The translations under genes and the position numbers were made by a program. The notes under the pieces were generated by a model. The model saw only the letters and a list, made by a program, of their open reading frames with translations. It was not told where the DNA came from and searched no databases. From positions 1-56,638 of the IMG/VR virus record IMGVR_UViG_3300042402_004196: 56,638 nt of DNA; one strand, written 5' to 3'. Below are positions 49,401-56,638 of the stretch, one piece after another. Each line of letters begins with the position of its first letter. Within the stretch, counting starts at the first letter, position 1. The DNA is from a virus (taxonomy: Duplodnaviria; Caudoviricetes).

Positions 49401-50164
49401 GAACCAGACAACCTTTTTATAGTTTACCTAAAATAGATAACTTTATTCAATCTTTAAGTGTAAATCTTATTAATAAAATTAAAGAACAAATACAAAAACA
49501 AGAGGTTGAAAATAAAAACTTTAGTGGTAATGTTATAACCGAAGTCAATACAGTTGTTTCAAATGTTACGGGAAAAGATACGTTAACATCTAATCAAAAT
49601 TGTGCTGATAAATTAAACGCCGCTTATGTTGGGTTTACAGGGGTTGATGCACCGACTACAAACTCTTACACATCAAAACAAATGAATGATTTATTGATAG
49701 CTAGAACTAAAAACTATGGTTTAACAACCGGAACACAAAATGAGATTGACATTAGAGAATTGTTATTTGTTTTCTTTTATATGGATACTGGTAACTCAAC
49801 TGGGTTTAAAGCCTATGAAAATAATTTTGGAACAATTAGTTTGAATGATACCTATGGTCCTTCTTTTATTAATTTTATAAATAAAAAGTATTTTTGTTTA
49901 AGTAAAGGAAATAATATTAACATACCGGTTGTTTCATTTTCTAGTATAGAAAGTTTTATTGATTTTGCAATATCAAAAATATATCCTAGTATTAGTTCAT
50001 ATCAAAGTGGTAGAAACATACAAAACGTCGTTAAACAGTATGTAAATTTATGGGCATCAGTAAGAAGTGCAAACGTTTATACTAAAATGACCGAACAAGA
50101 TAAAAAATCTTTAGAGAATAAAGCTAGTGAAGGGTTAAATGTCTTTATTTCAATTAACCCATAA
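43409..50164 (+). CDS. Very large baseplate hub-like structural protein
   Basis: N-terminal LGLKSINI..DVKGRALF..F.L.IKG; C-terminal MMGN..QP..SGPYMITKVSHTI..F.T. Confidence 0.6.
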   Translation: MVDNGENILVEFDYDNITLVDPNKVIDEEGKVKERYVKQENLVMYANLECSVVPRTKLAIGAPLNDNVRTISVGKINFLNPGFKTFLNTSWSDELTGKDTVKGLGVNQPKLNAVQNPKKNDDYYITQSQYSNGTPGAVDNGLLGLKSINIDINTAFYPTVTIKMEDVKGRALFEAGNNSPYAAFFQLPYPIFYLTIKGFYGKAVRYPLMLQTFSSSFDSSSGNFKIDLKLFGYKYGIMSYVNWGQMLAVPHMYNTFVNTNTPTNKQGITENVTLQNNEVVITASKPSQNKPQLVSRGYQKMKEVYSEYKAKGLIDDDFPEYTVTKLKSKLDTFIKEILEKFAKENLGTLTELDNYQTLLTEFSKKVFFNTNSWYRTYLDTKIPLVLSDDTKVYTYKKEYDDESKRSAAETELDGIIKDFLSKLAANSVAGKNGSYVVGGKTTKSEIPIDVDINKFKKDVSSKDVDFPKSYKETTGKVASGTTELDFFRNTLSPLIDKLKWFVFDGKNTFNEIIATASKNVTTLRTEVEQKITESLTEQLSRKDSGIGFKPTIRNILAPFFAQGEAFLRLMDDVHTAAWGIRENQYRKAAVLGGSSTAQSVDVKVPGQTNEPIYPWPQVLREYTATDGNEKFEQKYPGDPSISSLTKAYISELWPEVEFVEEYIKGFIEREADEPDFGDTGNGAFKPNRLSLNAIDFPITNEVFQNKEEVKFYYEIYERVLVNSFYSKLSRIPGYQSSVYLVESEDEKLNVIKSLGSESPFLQKKLKQYLIDSANYTTFLRHISNQGEGESWQKFIRGEFVTPYLKNKVDNPFQIFNSTLLISERSQPDLSLTQELKITDFVQNLTSSNEFDFTDMYPITNLDWCKNYLANGKPLNGDTEVFNTNKVLVYNTIHKTITNFSKDDTVTTKRPITNFNYTTGIFSQTIDTNLKQFYKNRKIEEQFITEGNLNYSGYTGYLDSEQTTSMLNTPFFINAIQNGVFNFRYKSNDLSPYKAAAYYFLNSLPLATLREKYRSQDSSTDLDYIISTLKKFGAIHRLPYAWILKYGSIWHRYKTWNRKGTDILDDSWKDFNYLGNYDPSNSATTKTYTLNINNTEKNIVLQQNLVAGTATTTYMNTGFYPKLVDDMNVFLQGLKLFSGTTQLNGTASVFDTTLVVYSVNDNNLAPGQILAGPGIDVNTTIVSQVSGTTGGIGIYTIAPVQNLTILNGTCTITGTTMDVLSITGGTLSTNQIIGGLDIELNTKIVSQVSGTTGGVGRYNIDISQNKTLTTFFEVNPETFFVTNAATGGYSQSEVQTLIDEGKLVLSTNLDSKIIKAPGFDNNNNQRTLSLSTWSVLSKSNTSDSYYILPSFGNTLNQVNDECFKNNNLKIEVQSNPALFNGSVRFFWGAPNYGYFDTSKITKASPDSYMKEIFKDKSIQQNFSLNGDSKKYTKISEMFTTFETNLLDYFEEEFLNFSRSIYDYKTLIPGEPGAETETEIAFKNFQYLMRQMMVITKPNDLTSEGLVTEVIQKQNENLQKLLSKFMEYDVVFKMGNPTMFDRRLFYTFSTKFIQDPISYQGYNQGTPGSLPTNGGSITLAQSKTANPETWKDLEYYVGFSEIPELVYSNNGSYITDFFVDMNVQFNQKNVKDFAPIIKLYATQKLKNKNINISDFFSLMNTYLDTTELYQNNVINDLMTGIRNDLPEIVVTNEGQDNKAPLQGDQSRDELWDLFKNLNDTWIAGADIKNKTLFEDVLLFDRASRDIGQKVLVDIFKVKDLIETGLVKNSMFNLVSTILQENNFTVMPLPSFTNFYNVQDAVKNPVPKPEGTLEFANSFWGTFLNVDYRNSSPKILCYYNSKPSAHLAMNDNADYRYRDDAFDLRRASDNPLLENQLNKNNWDKSNKIVGFNVDVSLQNQQIFESISLNQDAGQPTAESLEMINQMANQSKNRGVATQSVSLYNLYRNRSYTCSIDMMGNALMQPMMYFNLRNVPMFSGPYMITKVSHTIGEGDFKTSITGTRQPFYSLPKIDNFIQSLSVNLINKIKEQIQKQEVENKNFSGNVITEVNTVVSNVTGKDTLTSNQNCADKLNAAYVGFTGVDAPTTNSYTSKQMNDLLIARTKNYGLTTGTQNEIDIRELLFVFFYMDTGNSTGFKAYENNFGTISLNDTYGPSFINFINKKYFCLSKGNNINIPVVSFSSIESFIDFAISKIYPSISSYQSGRNIQNVVKQYVNLWASVRSANVYTKMTEQDKKSLENKASEGLNVFISINP

Positions 50165-50203
50165 TTTTATTAAACCTAATGATATTTATATAAAAAAAAT
50201 AGT

Positions 50204-50431
50204 ATGAGCAGAACAAAATTAATTTTGGATAATTATCTTGGTAAAAATACAAGAATGACAGAAAAAGATGCCGGAAACGGTTTTAAAGAAGTGTGTGATT
50301 TGGACACAGGCGATTGTTTTACAGTTAGAGAAAAAGATGGTCTAATTGAAAGAGTAGATAATACTATGAAGACAAACAAAAAAATCCAAGTTGAAACCAA
50401 AAGTGGTATAAAACAATTATTAAATGGATAA
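50204..50431 (+). CDS. Small hypothetical protein
   Basis: 75 aa, CDLDTGDC, upstream TATTTAT. Confidence 0.65.
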   Translation: MSRTKLILDNYLGKNTRMTEKDAGNGFKEVCDLDTGDCFTVREKDGLIERVDNTMKTNKKIQVETKSGIKQLLNG

Positions 50432-51146
50432 GATGGGTATAGATAAAAAAATTTTACAGGAAATCGCAAGATTTAAAACTATTAACACTTATATTATGGA
50501 GCAAGAAGCTCCACCACCACCAGATCCAGCTGCAGATCCATTAGCCGGTGGAGCACCACCACCAGATCCTGCCGCAGATCCATTAGCCGGCGGAGCACCA
50601 CCAGCACCAGATGCAGCAGCAGGAGCGCCACCAGCACCAGGAGCACCACCAGCACCAGGAGCACCAGGAGCAGGGGCACCACCAGCACCAGTTGATGTTG
50701 AAACAGACAAAGATGTTGAAGAGATCGGTGGTGAAGAAAAACCGGACGAAGAAAAAATTGAAATTACAGATCTTGTAAGCACACAAAAAAATATTGAACA
50801 AAAACAAGAAGAATACTTTAATAATCTATTTAAACAGTTAAGTTCTCTAGAACAAAAATTAGGTGATATGGATCAGTTAGTTTCTAAAATAGATGGGTTA
50901 GAAAATAAAATTGAAAAAATGAGACCAAAAACACCAAAAGAAAAATTAGAGTTAAGGACTCTTGATTCTGGTCCGTTTAATCAAAAACTTTCTGATTTCT
51001 TTACTGACAAACAGGACGAAATGGAAAAATCTGGTAAAAATGAATATGTATTAACTTCAGATGAGGTTGAACAATTCTCAAAAGGTCAGATTGAAAATTC
51101 TTTTAATGATTATGAAGACAATGAAGAAGATACTGATATGATGTAA
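50424..51146 (+). CDS. Pro/Ala-rich acidic coiled-coil protein
   Basis: [14 protein letters not shown] x2, coiled-coil segment, acidic tail. Confidence 0.7.
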   Translation: MDKMGIDKKILQEIARFKTINTYIMEQEAPPPPDPAADPLAGGAPPPDPAADPLAGGAPPAPDAAAGAPPAPGAPPAPGAPGAGAPPAPVDVETDKDVEEIGGEEKPDEEKIEITDLVSTQKNIEQKQEEYFNNLFKQLSSLEQKLGDMDQLVSKIDGLENKIEKMRPKTPKEKLELRTLDSGPFNQKLSDFFTDKQDEMEKSGKNEYVLTSDEVEQFSKGQIENSFNDYEDNEEDTDMM

Positions 51147-51151
51147 ATTTA

Positions 51152-51185
51152 GAAAGGGACATTCGTGTCCCTCTCTCAAATTTTT
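51152..51185 (+). terminator. Terminator-like hairpin
   Basis: AGGGACA-TTCG-TGTCCCT followed by a T run. Confidence 0.6.
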
Positions 51186-51194
51186 AACTGATTA

Positions 51195-51223
51195 TTGACT
51201 GCGACACAAATTTTAATTATACT
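51195..51223 (+). promoter_or_regulatory. Promoter of the SSB/replication operon
   Basis: TTGACT - 17 nt - TATACT. Confidence 0.55.
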
Positions 51224-51256
51224 TTCTATTGTAAACCTTTAAAAACAAATACATAT

Positions 51257-52123
51257 ATGGCGACAAACAATGTTTTAGACACAGTTCTCTCTCAGTATGA
51301 GAACTCAAAATCCGGAGACTACACATCTGGATCAAAAATGTCTCAAGAAGACAGATTAAAAAAGTATTTTGCTGCAATACTTAAAGACAACGAAAAGCAA
51401 GCACAAAAAAGAATCCGTATCTTACCTACACCAGACGGATCTTCCCCATTCAAAGAAGTATGGTTTCATGAAATCAATCTTGATGGAAAATGGCAAAAAT
51501 TTTATGATCCGGGAAAAAATGATAATGAAAGATCTCCTTTGAGTGAAGTTTATGAAGAATTAATGTCAACGGGTAAAGATTCTGATAAAGAATTAGCTAA
51601 GCAATACAAACCTCGTAAGTTTTATATTGTTAAAGTTATTGATCGTGACAACGAACAAGATGGTCCTAAATTCTGGAGATTTAAACACAACTACAAACAA
51701 GAAGGAATTTTTGATAAAATTATTCCTATCTATAAAGCAAAAGGTGATGTTGCAGATGCTGAAAAAGGAAGAGACCTTATTCTTGAATTAACTAAAGCAA
51801 AGACACCAAAAGGCGCTTTCTACACTGTAATCCAAACAGTTATGTATGACGACCCGTCTCAAGTACATGAAGATGATGACACAATGAAATCTTGGATTGA
51901 AGATGAGCTTACTTGGGAGGATGTTTATTCTAAAAAACCTACTGAATATTTGGAGTCTGTTGCCCGTGGTGAAACACCAAGATGGGATTCAGATGCTGGA
52001 AAATACATCTACGGAGATTCATCAGAGGGTGAAATCGTTATGGGTGGTAACAAATCTAAAACTGAAACTAAAGTTGAGGATCCACAAGCAAACGATGAAA
52101 TTGATGAAGAATTACCATTCTAA
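51257..52123 (+). CDS. Single-stranded DNA-binding protein (gp32-like)
   Basis: RIRILP..PF..FH, YIVKVIDR, D..KGRDL, acidic C-terminus DEELPF. Confidence 0.8.
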   Translation: MATNNVLDTVLSQYENSKSGDYTSGSKMSQEDRLKKYFAAILKDNEKQAQKRIRILPTPDGSSPFKEVWFHEINLDGKWQKFYDPGKNDNERSPLSEVYEELMSTGKDSDKELAKQYKPRKFYIVKVIDRDNEQDGPKFWRFKHNYKQEGIFDKIIPIYKAKGDVADAEKGRDLILELTKAKTPKGAFYTVIQTVMYDDPSQVHEDDDTMKSWIEDELTWEDVYSKKPTEYLESVARGETPRWDSDAGKYIYGDSSEGEIVMGGNKSKTETKVEDPQANDEIDEELPF

Positions 52124-52139
52124 ATTTTATTAAAAATAT

Positions 52140-52176
52140 GTGGGTATATTGGTATACAATGTACCCACTTTTTCTT
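52140..52176 (+). terminator. Intrinsic terminator
   Basis: GTGGGTATATTG/CAATGTACCCAC stem plus T run. Confidence 0.75.
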
Positions 52177-52195
52177 ATCTTTTAAAAAAGAATAT

Positions 52196-53206
52196 ATGGC
52201 AATTAAAAAAAACGACTTTAGCTCAATAAAGAAAAAATTCTCTTCTGACGCAAAATACAAACCACAAAGATACTTTGATTTAGGACCCGCATTTTTAGAT
52301 GCTGTAGGACTTCCAGGTCCTGCTATGGGACACATTAATATGTTTTTGGGTCACTCTGATACTGGTAAGACAACAGCACTTGTAAAAACAGCGGTTGACG
52401 CACAGAAAAAAGAAATACTACCAGTTTTTATTATCACAGAACAAAAATGGTCTTTTGAGCACTCAAAACTTATGGGTTTTGAATGTGAAGAAGTTGTTGA
52501 TGAGGAAACAGGTGAATTAACTTGGGATGGGTTCTTCTTATTTAACAATAATTTTAGTTATATTGAACAAATTACGGATTATATTAATGATCTGTTAGAT
52601 GCTCAAGAAAAAGGTGAACTAGATTATTCATTATGTATTATGTGGGATTCTGTTGGTTCCGTTCCTTGTAAAATGACCTATGAAGGTAAAGGTGGTAAAC
52701 AACACAATGCTAGTGTTTTAGCTGATAAGATTGGAATGGGAATTAACCAAAGAATTTCCGGGTCAAGAAAAGCAGATTCAAAATACGAAAATACATTAAT
52801 TATCGTTAATCAACCTTGGGTAGAATTACCAGACAATCCATTTGGTCAACCTAAAATTAAAGCAAAAGGTGGTGAAGCAATTTGGTTAAATTCATCTTTA
52901 GTGTTTTTATACGGAAATCAAAAAGGTGCTGGAACAACAAAGATTACAGCAACAAAAGATAAAAGAACTGTTAAATTCGCATCAAGAACAAAAGTATCGG
53001 TTATGAAAAACCACATTAATGGACTTGGTTTTGAAGATGGTAAAATTATTGTAACACCTCACGGGTTTTTACCTGGAAAGGATCCTACGGAAGAAAAGAA
53101 GTCTATTGAAGACTACAAAAAAGATTATGCAGAATATTGGAAAACAATTATTGGTGTAGATGGTGAATTTGATTTAAAAGAAGAAAAAGTTTATGAACAA
53201 GAATAA
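52196..53206 (+). CDS. RecA/UvsX-like recombinase
   Basis: GHSDTGKT Walker A, WDSVGS, IVNQ, KGGEA, KNH. Confidence 0.88.
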   Translation: MAIKKNDFSSIKKKFSSDAKYKPQRYFDLGPAFLDAVGLPGPAMGHINMFLGHSDTGKTTALVKTAVDAQKKEILPVFIITEQKWSFEHSKLMGFECEEVVDEETGELTWDGFFLFNNNFSYIEQITDYINDLLDAQEKGELDYSLCIMWDSVGSVPCKMTYEGKGGKQHNASVLADKIGMGINQRISGSRKADSKYENTLIIVNQPWVELPDNPFGQPKIKAKGGEAIWLNSSLVFLYGNQKGAGTTKITATKDKRTVKFASRTKVSVMKNHINGLGFEDGKIIVTPHGFLPGKDPTEEKKSIEDYKKDYAEYWKTIIGVDGEFDLKEEKVYEQE

Positions 53207-54215
53207 ATTAAAAGTAGTATCGTTATTTTCCGGTTACGGAACACAAGAGTTAGCACTTAAATATATTGGTGTTGATTATGAAAATGTTGCAAACTGCGAC
53301 AACTTCAAACAAGCAAATGAATGTTATGACACTTTACACACAACAACACATGGAAACCTTGGAGATATAAGAATGATAAATGAAAATACATTTCCGGAAT
53401 GTGATTTATTAACATATTCATTTCCATGTCAAGACATCTCAATTTCTGGAGTTCAAAAAGGTATTAAAGAAGGTACAAGAAGTGGATTGTTATTTGAAGT
53501 TGAAAGACTTTTGAGTACAAATAGACCAAAATTCCTTTTGATGGAAAATGTTAAAAATTTAGTATCTCACAACCATATTGAAAACTTTAAAAAACATATA
53601 TATTTTTTAAGAGGTCTTGGTTACAGTTCTTTTTGGAGAGTGTTAAATGGTGCTGATTTTGGATGTCCACAAAACAGAGAAAGAGTTTTTATGATGTCAG
53701 TATTAAATAGTAGTATTGAAGAAGTACAAGAAAAAATGATGAATGTTGATAACCATAAAAAAACAAGAATCCCGATGCGATCATTTATTGATGAAAATTT
53801 TAGTGACTCATTAATTGTTGATTGCCAATTTACATCACACACACCAAAAAATCACACAATTTGTAAATTAGTTGGTAGAAGAGATGATGTTAGTTACGAC
53901 CAAGCTAGAAGAATTTATTCTGTTGACGGTTGTTCTCCTTGTTTAACAACAAGTGGATCACCACAAATTCTAACAGAAGATGGTAGGGTTAGAACAATTA
54001 CAGCAAGAGAGGGTTATAGATTTATGGGTGTTAGAGAAGATGATATTAATTTGTTACTTACTACATCATTATCAAATACAGCGCATGTAGCACTAGCAGG
54101 AAACTCAATTTGTGTTCCGGTTATGGAGGCGATTTTCAGTGAATTTTTCTCTGAATATATGTTAGAAAAAGAACCAGTAATGTCAAACCCAATTAACGAA
54201 GAATTTAATGACTAA
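53193..54215 (+). CDS. DNA (cytosine-5) methyltransferase
   Basis: LFSGYG, SFPCQ, MENV, PQNRERVF, AGNSI. Confidence 0.92.
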   Translation: MNKNKLKVVSLFSGYGTQELALKYIGVDYENVANCDNFKQANECYDTLHTTTHGNLGDIRMINENTFPECDLLTYSFPCQDISISGVQKGIKEGTRSGLLFEVERLLSTNRPKFLLMENVKNLVSHNHIENFKKHIYFLRGLGYSSFWRVLNGADFGCPQNRERVFMMSVLNSSIEEVQEKMMNVDNHKKTRIPMRSFIDENFSDSLIVDCQFTSHTPKNHTICKLVGRRDDVSYDQARRIYSVDGCSPCLTTSGSPQILTEDGRVRTITAREGYRFMGVREDDINLLLTTSLSNTAHVALAGNSICVPVMEAIFSEFFSEYMLEKEPVMSNPINEEFND

Positions 54216-55224
54216 AACTCTTTTAGTAGATGGAAACAACTTATTAAAAATTGGTTTTCATGGAGTTAGGGATTTTTTTAATAACGGTGAACATGTTGGT
54301 GGTACCTGGCATTTTCTAAATACCCTAAGAAGATTTTTAGAAGAAAATAATTACAATAAAGTTGTTGTATGTTGGGATAGTGAAACCGGATCTTCACAAA
54401 GAAGAATTATCTATCCCAAATATAAATTAAATCGTAAACAAAAAAACGAAGACGACTTTAAAGAACAGTCTTTTACAACCCAAAAAAATAGGGTAAAACA
54501 ATACCTTGAAGAAATGTTTGTTAGACAATTAGAAGTTGGACAATCGGAGGCCGACGATTTAATTGCTTACTATTGTCATATTTCAGAAGATGAAGATAAA
54601 ACAATATTTTCATCAGACAGAGACTTAACACAATTAATTTCTGAGAAGGTAACTATATACTCACCCCAACAAAAACGATATTATAAAAATGGTGACGGAA
54701 TTAAAATATATGAATCCGAAATACCGCATTATAATGTTAAAACTTACAAAATATTAACTGGCGATAGTTCAGATAATATTGACGGTATTTTTTATTTGGG
54801 TGAAAAAACATTTCTTAAACTGTTTCCTGAAATACTTGATACTGAATTAAAATATACCGATATTTTAACAAAGGCAGAAATGTTACTTTCAGAACAGAAG
54901 GGAAATGTTGCTTTACAAAATCTCCTTAGTGGGAAAACCAAAGAGGGAATATTTGGAGAAGAGTTTTTCACAATTAATGAAAAATTGGTGGACCTAGCTA
55001 ATCCACTCATTTCTCAGGAAGGAAAAGAACTTGTTAGGTCGTATTACTCAGAGTCATTGGATCCTGATGGACGAGGACACAGAAACCTAATAAGAATGAT
55101 GATGGAAGACGGATTCTTCAAATTTCTCCCAAAGGGTGACGACGCTTGGGTAAATTTTTTAAAACCATTTTTAAAACTATCAAGAAAAGAAAAAACAAAT
55201 TTTAGAAACAAAACAAAAAAGTAA
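54208..55224 (+). CDS. 5'-3' exonuclease/flap endonuclease (PolA N-terminal / T4 RNase H-like)
   Basis: LLVDGNN, YKLNR, EADD, SSDRD, GDSSDNI.GI..GEK. Confidence 0.9.
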   Translation: MTKTLLVDGNNLLKIGFHGVRDFFNNGEHVGGTWHFLNTLRRFLEENNYNKVVVCWDSETGSSQRRIIYPKYKLNRKQKNEDDFKEQSFTTQKNRVKQYLEEMFVRQLEVGQSEADDLIAYYCHISEDEDKTIFSSDRDLTQLISEKVTIYSPQQKRYYKNGDGIKIYESEIPHYNVKTYKILTGDSSDNIDGIFYLGEKTFLKLFPEILDTELKYTDILTKAEMLLSEQKGNVALQNLLSGKTKEGIFGEEFFTINEKLVDLANPLISQEGKELVRSYYSESLDPDGRGHRNLIRMMMEDGFFKFLPKGDDAWVNFLKPFLKLSRKEKTNFRNKTKK

Positions 55225-55229
55225 AAAAA

Positions 55230-55679
55230 ATGAAAGATCAAGATGTAACAAAAGTAGAATTTCTTCTTATGTGTAATGATAATATCGTTGTACAAAGATT
55301 CTTTAATGTTAAAGGATTTAACAAAAACGCACATAAGTCTGAACAATTCTACGACTACATTAAATCATTTTGTAATGGATTACAATATGATTTAAAAATG
55401 AGATCGGTTGTTTATATGATGGAGAACCAGTATGAAATTATGGAAAATCCAGATGTATTAAACACCTCAATTACCGAAGGACAAGAAAATTTTAACCTTT
55501 ATATTAAGGTTGAGAACATGACAATTTGTCAGAGGACATTTGACGCAAAAGTATACCCCCCAAAGGTCAGATATACCGTAGACCTACGCCCAAGGCTGAA
55601 AAGCATATTATCTGAACTTACTGACATTTTTTCAGGTAGAAAATTTAATTATTTTTATCCACAATTTATTCAAAACTAG
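55230..55679 (+). CDS. Hypothetical protein
   Basis: 149-aa ORF inside the replication operon. Confidence 0.65.
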   Translation: MKDQDVTKVEFLLMCNDNIVVQRFFNVKGFNKNAHKSEQFYDYIKSFCNGLQYDLKMRSVVYMMENQYEIMENPDVLNTSITEGQENFNLYIKVENMTICQRTFDAKVYPPKVRYTVDLRPRLKSILSELTDIFSGRKFNYFYPQFIQN

Positions 55680-55713
55680 TAGTATTTATCTTTACTGATA
55701 GGAGGAAAAAATT

Positions 55714-56638
55714 ATGGCGACAAACAAAAACTTTGAATATCTTGGCAACAATTTTCAAATACAATTACTTAATCAAATCATTGTAGACAAAGACTTTTCA
55801 CATTCGATTATTGACGTAATAGAGAACAATTATTTTGAAAACAAGTATTTCAAAATCATCATTCAAATGATAAAAGAATACTATAAAAAGTATGACCATA
55901 CACCATCATTTGACACATTAGAACAAGTCGCAAAATCCGAACTTCAACAAGAAACTGCCGTTAAGGTTGTACTTGATACTATTAAGAAAATCAAGTCTGC
56001 ACCTATCGACGGAGTAGATTTCGTACAAGAAAAGGCACTTAAATTCTGTAAACAACAAGAGTTGCAGAAGGTTATGAAAAAGGCTCAAAAGATTATAGAC
56101 GGGGGTGAGTTTGAAAACTATGATACCCTAGAAGAATTGGTAAGAGACGCATTACTTGTTGGTTCAAAAGACACATCGATGTTAGATGTCTTTTCAAACC
56201 TAGACCAAGTCTTGGATGATGACTATAGACACCCAATTCCAATGGGAATACCAGGAATTGATCGATTGTTAAAAGGAGGATTGGCGAAAGGAGAAATTGG
56301 TGTAATACTTGCACCAACTGGTGTAGGGAAATCAACCATTCTAACAAAGATTTCAAACCACGCATTTAACCTAGGATTTAACGTACTTCAAGTATTTTTT
56401 GAAGACAACCCAAAAGTGATACAGAGAAAACATTTTACTCTCTGGACAAAGATTCACCCTGACGAATTGTCAGAAAAAAAGGATGAGGTGATGACTAAGG
56501 TAAACGAAATCAAGGAAACAATGCCAAATGAGTTAATCTTAAAGAAACTACCGTCTGACACAAAGACTATGTTGCAAATTAAGAATGAAATTAGAAAGAT
56601 GATTGCTGATGGCGTTAAGATAGACATGGTTGTTTTAG
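55714..56638 (+). CDS. Replicative DnaB/gp41-like helicase (3'-truncated; not in ORF track)
   Basis: ATG at 55714 after GGAGG; GIPGIDRLLKGGLAKGEIGVILAPTGVGKST; open to the window end. Confidence 0.88.
   Translation, partial: MATNKNFEYLGNNFQIQLLNQIIVDKDFSHSIIDVIENNYFENKYFKIIIQMIKEYYKKYDHTPSFDTLEQVAKSELQQETAVKVVLDTIKKIKSAPIDGVDFVQEKALKFCKQQELQKVMKKAQKIIDGGEFENYDTLEELVRDALLVGSKDTSMLDVFSNLDQVLDDDYRHPIPMGIPGIDRLLKGGLAKGEIGVILAPTGVGKSTILTKISNHAFNLGFNVLQVFFEDNPKVIQRKHFTLWTKIHPDELSEKKDEVMTKVNEIKETMPNELILKKLPSDTKTMLQIKNEIRKMIADGVKIDMVVL

Noticed and set aside
27256-50164. Bacterial eCIS/T6SS or tailocin locus
   Set aside because: Neck proteins and a T4-like replication set (PolB, SSB, UvsX, helicase) indicate a phage
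53193-54215. Complete restriction-modification system
   Set aside because: No adjacent restriction endonuclease; the MTase is an orphan overlapping the recombinase and exonuclease genes
1-56638. Alternative genetic code
   Set aside because: Long genes are intact in the standard code; TAA, TAG and TGA all serve as stops

Overview
AT-rich, densely coding segment of a large (jumbo-type) myovirus genome; all calls are from motif reading by eye, with no database searches. 1-18.7 kb is an accessory surface-decoration region. It holds three paralogous 14-aa Gly/Ser-repeat fibre/adhesin-like genes, Pro/Thr mucin-like proteins and a three-module BspA/DUF285 LRR protein. These are interleaved with glycosyltransferases (GT8, Aah/TibC-like, GT9-like, GT60-like, HtrL-like) and a sulfotransferase-APS kinase-HIGH nucleotidyltransferase-DUF2061 cassette. 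18.8-27 kb holds PolB, a neck protein, a peptidase-like/SOD/nuclease-like fusion and an SNF2 helicase. 27-50 kb is a contractile tail module: head closure, terminator, sheath, tube, a homing endonuclease, a tail chaperone with a probable +1 frameshift, tape measure and baseplate proteins. 51-56.6 kb holds SSB, RecA/UvsX, a C5 methyltransferase, a 5'-3' exonuclease and a truncated DnaB-like helicase. The best candidate for an undescribed system is a phage-encoded virion glycosylation plus sulfation pathway, possibly with a non-canonical ATP sulfurylase, encoded next to its likely substrate proteins. A recurring TATTTAT motif precedes most structural genes. No tRNA, rRNA or CRISPR array was recognised.
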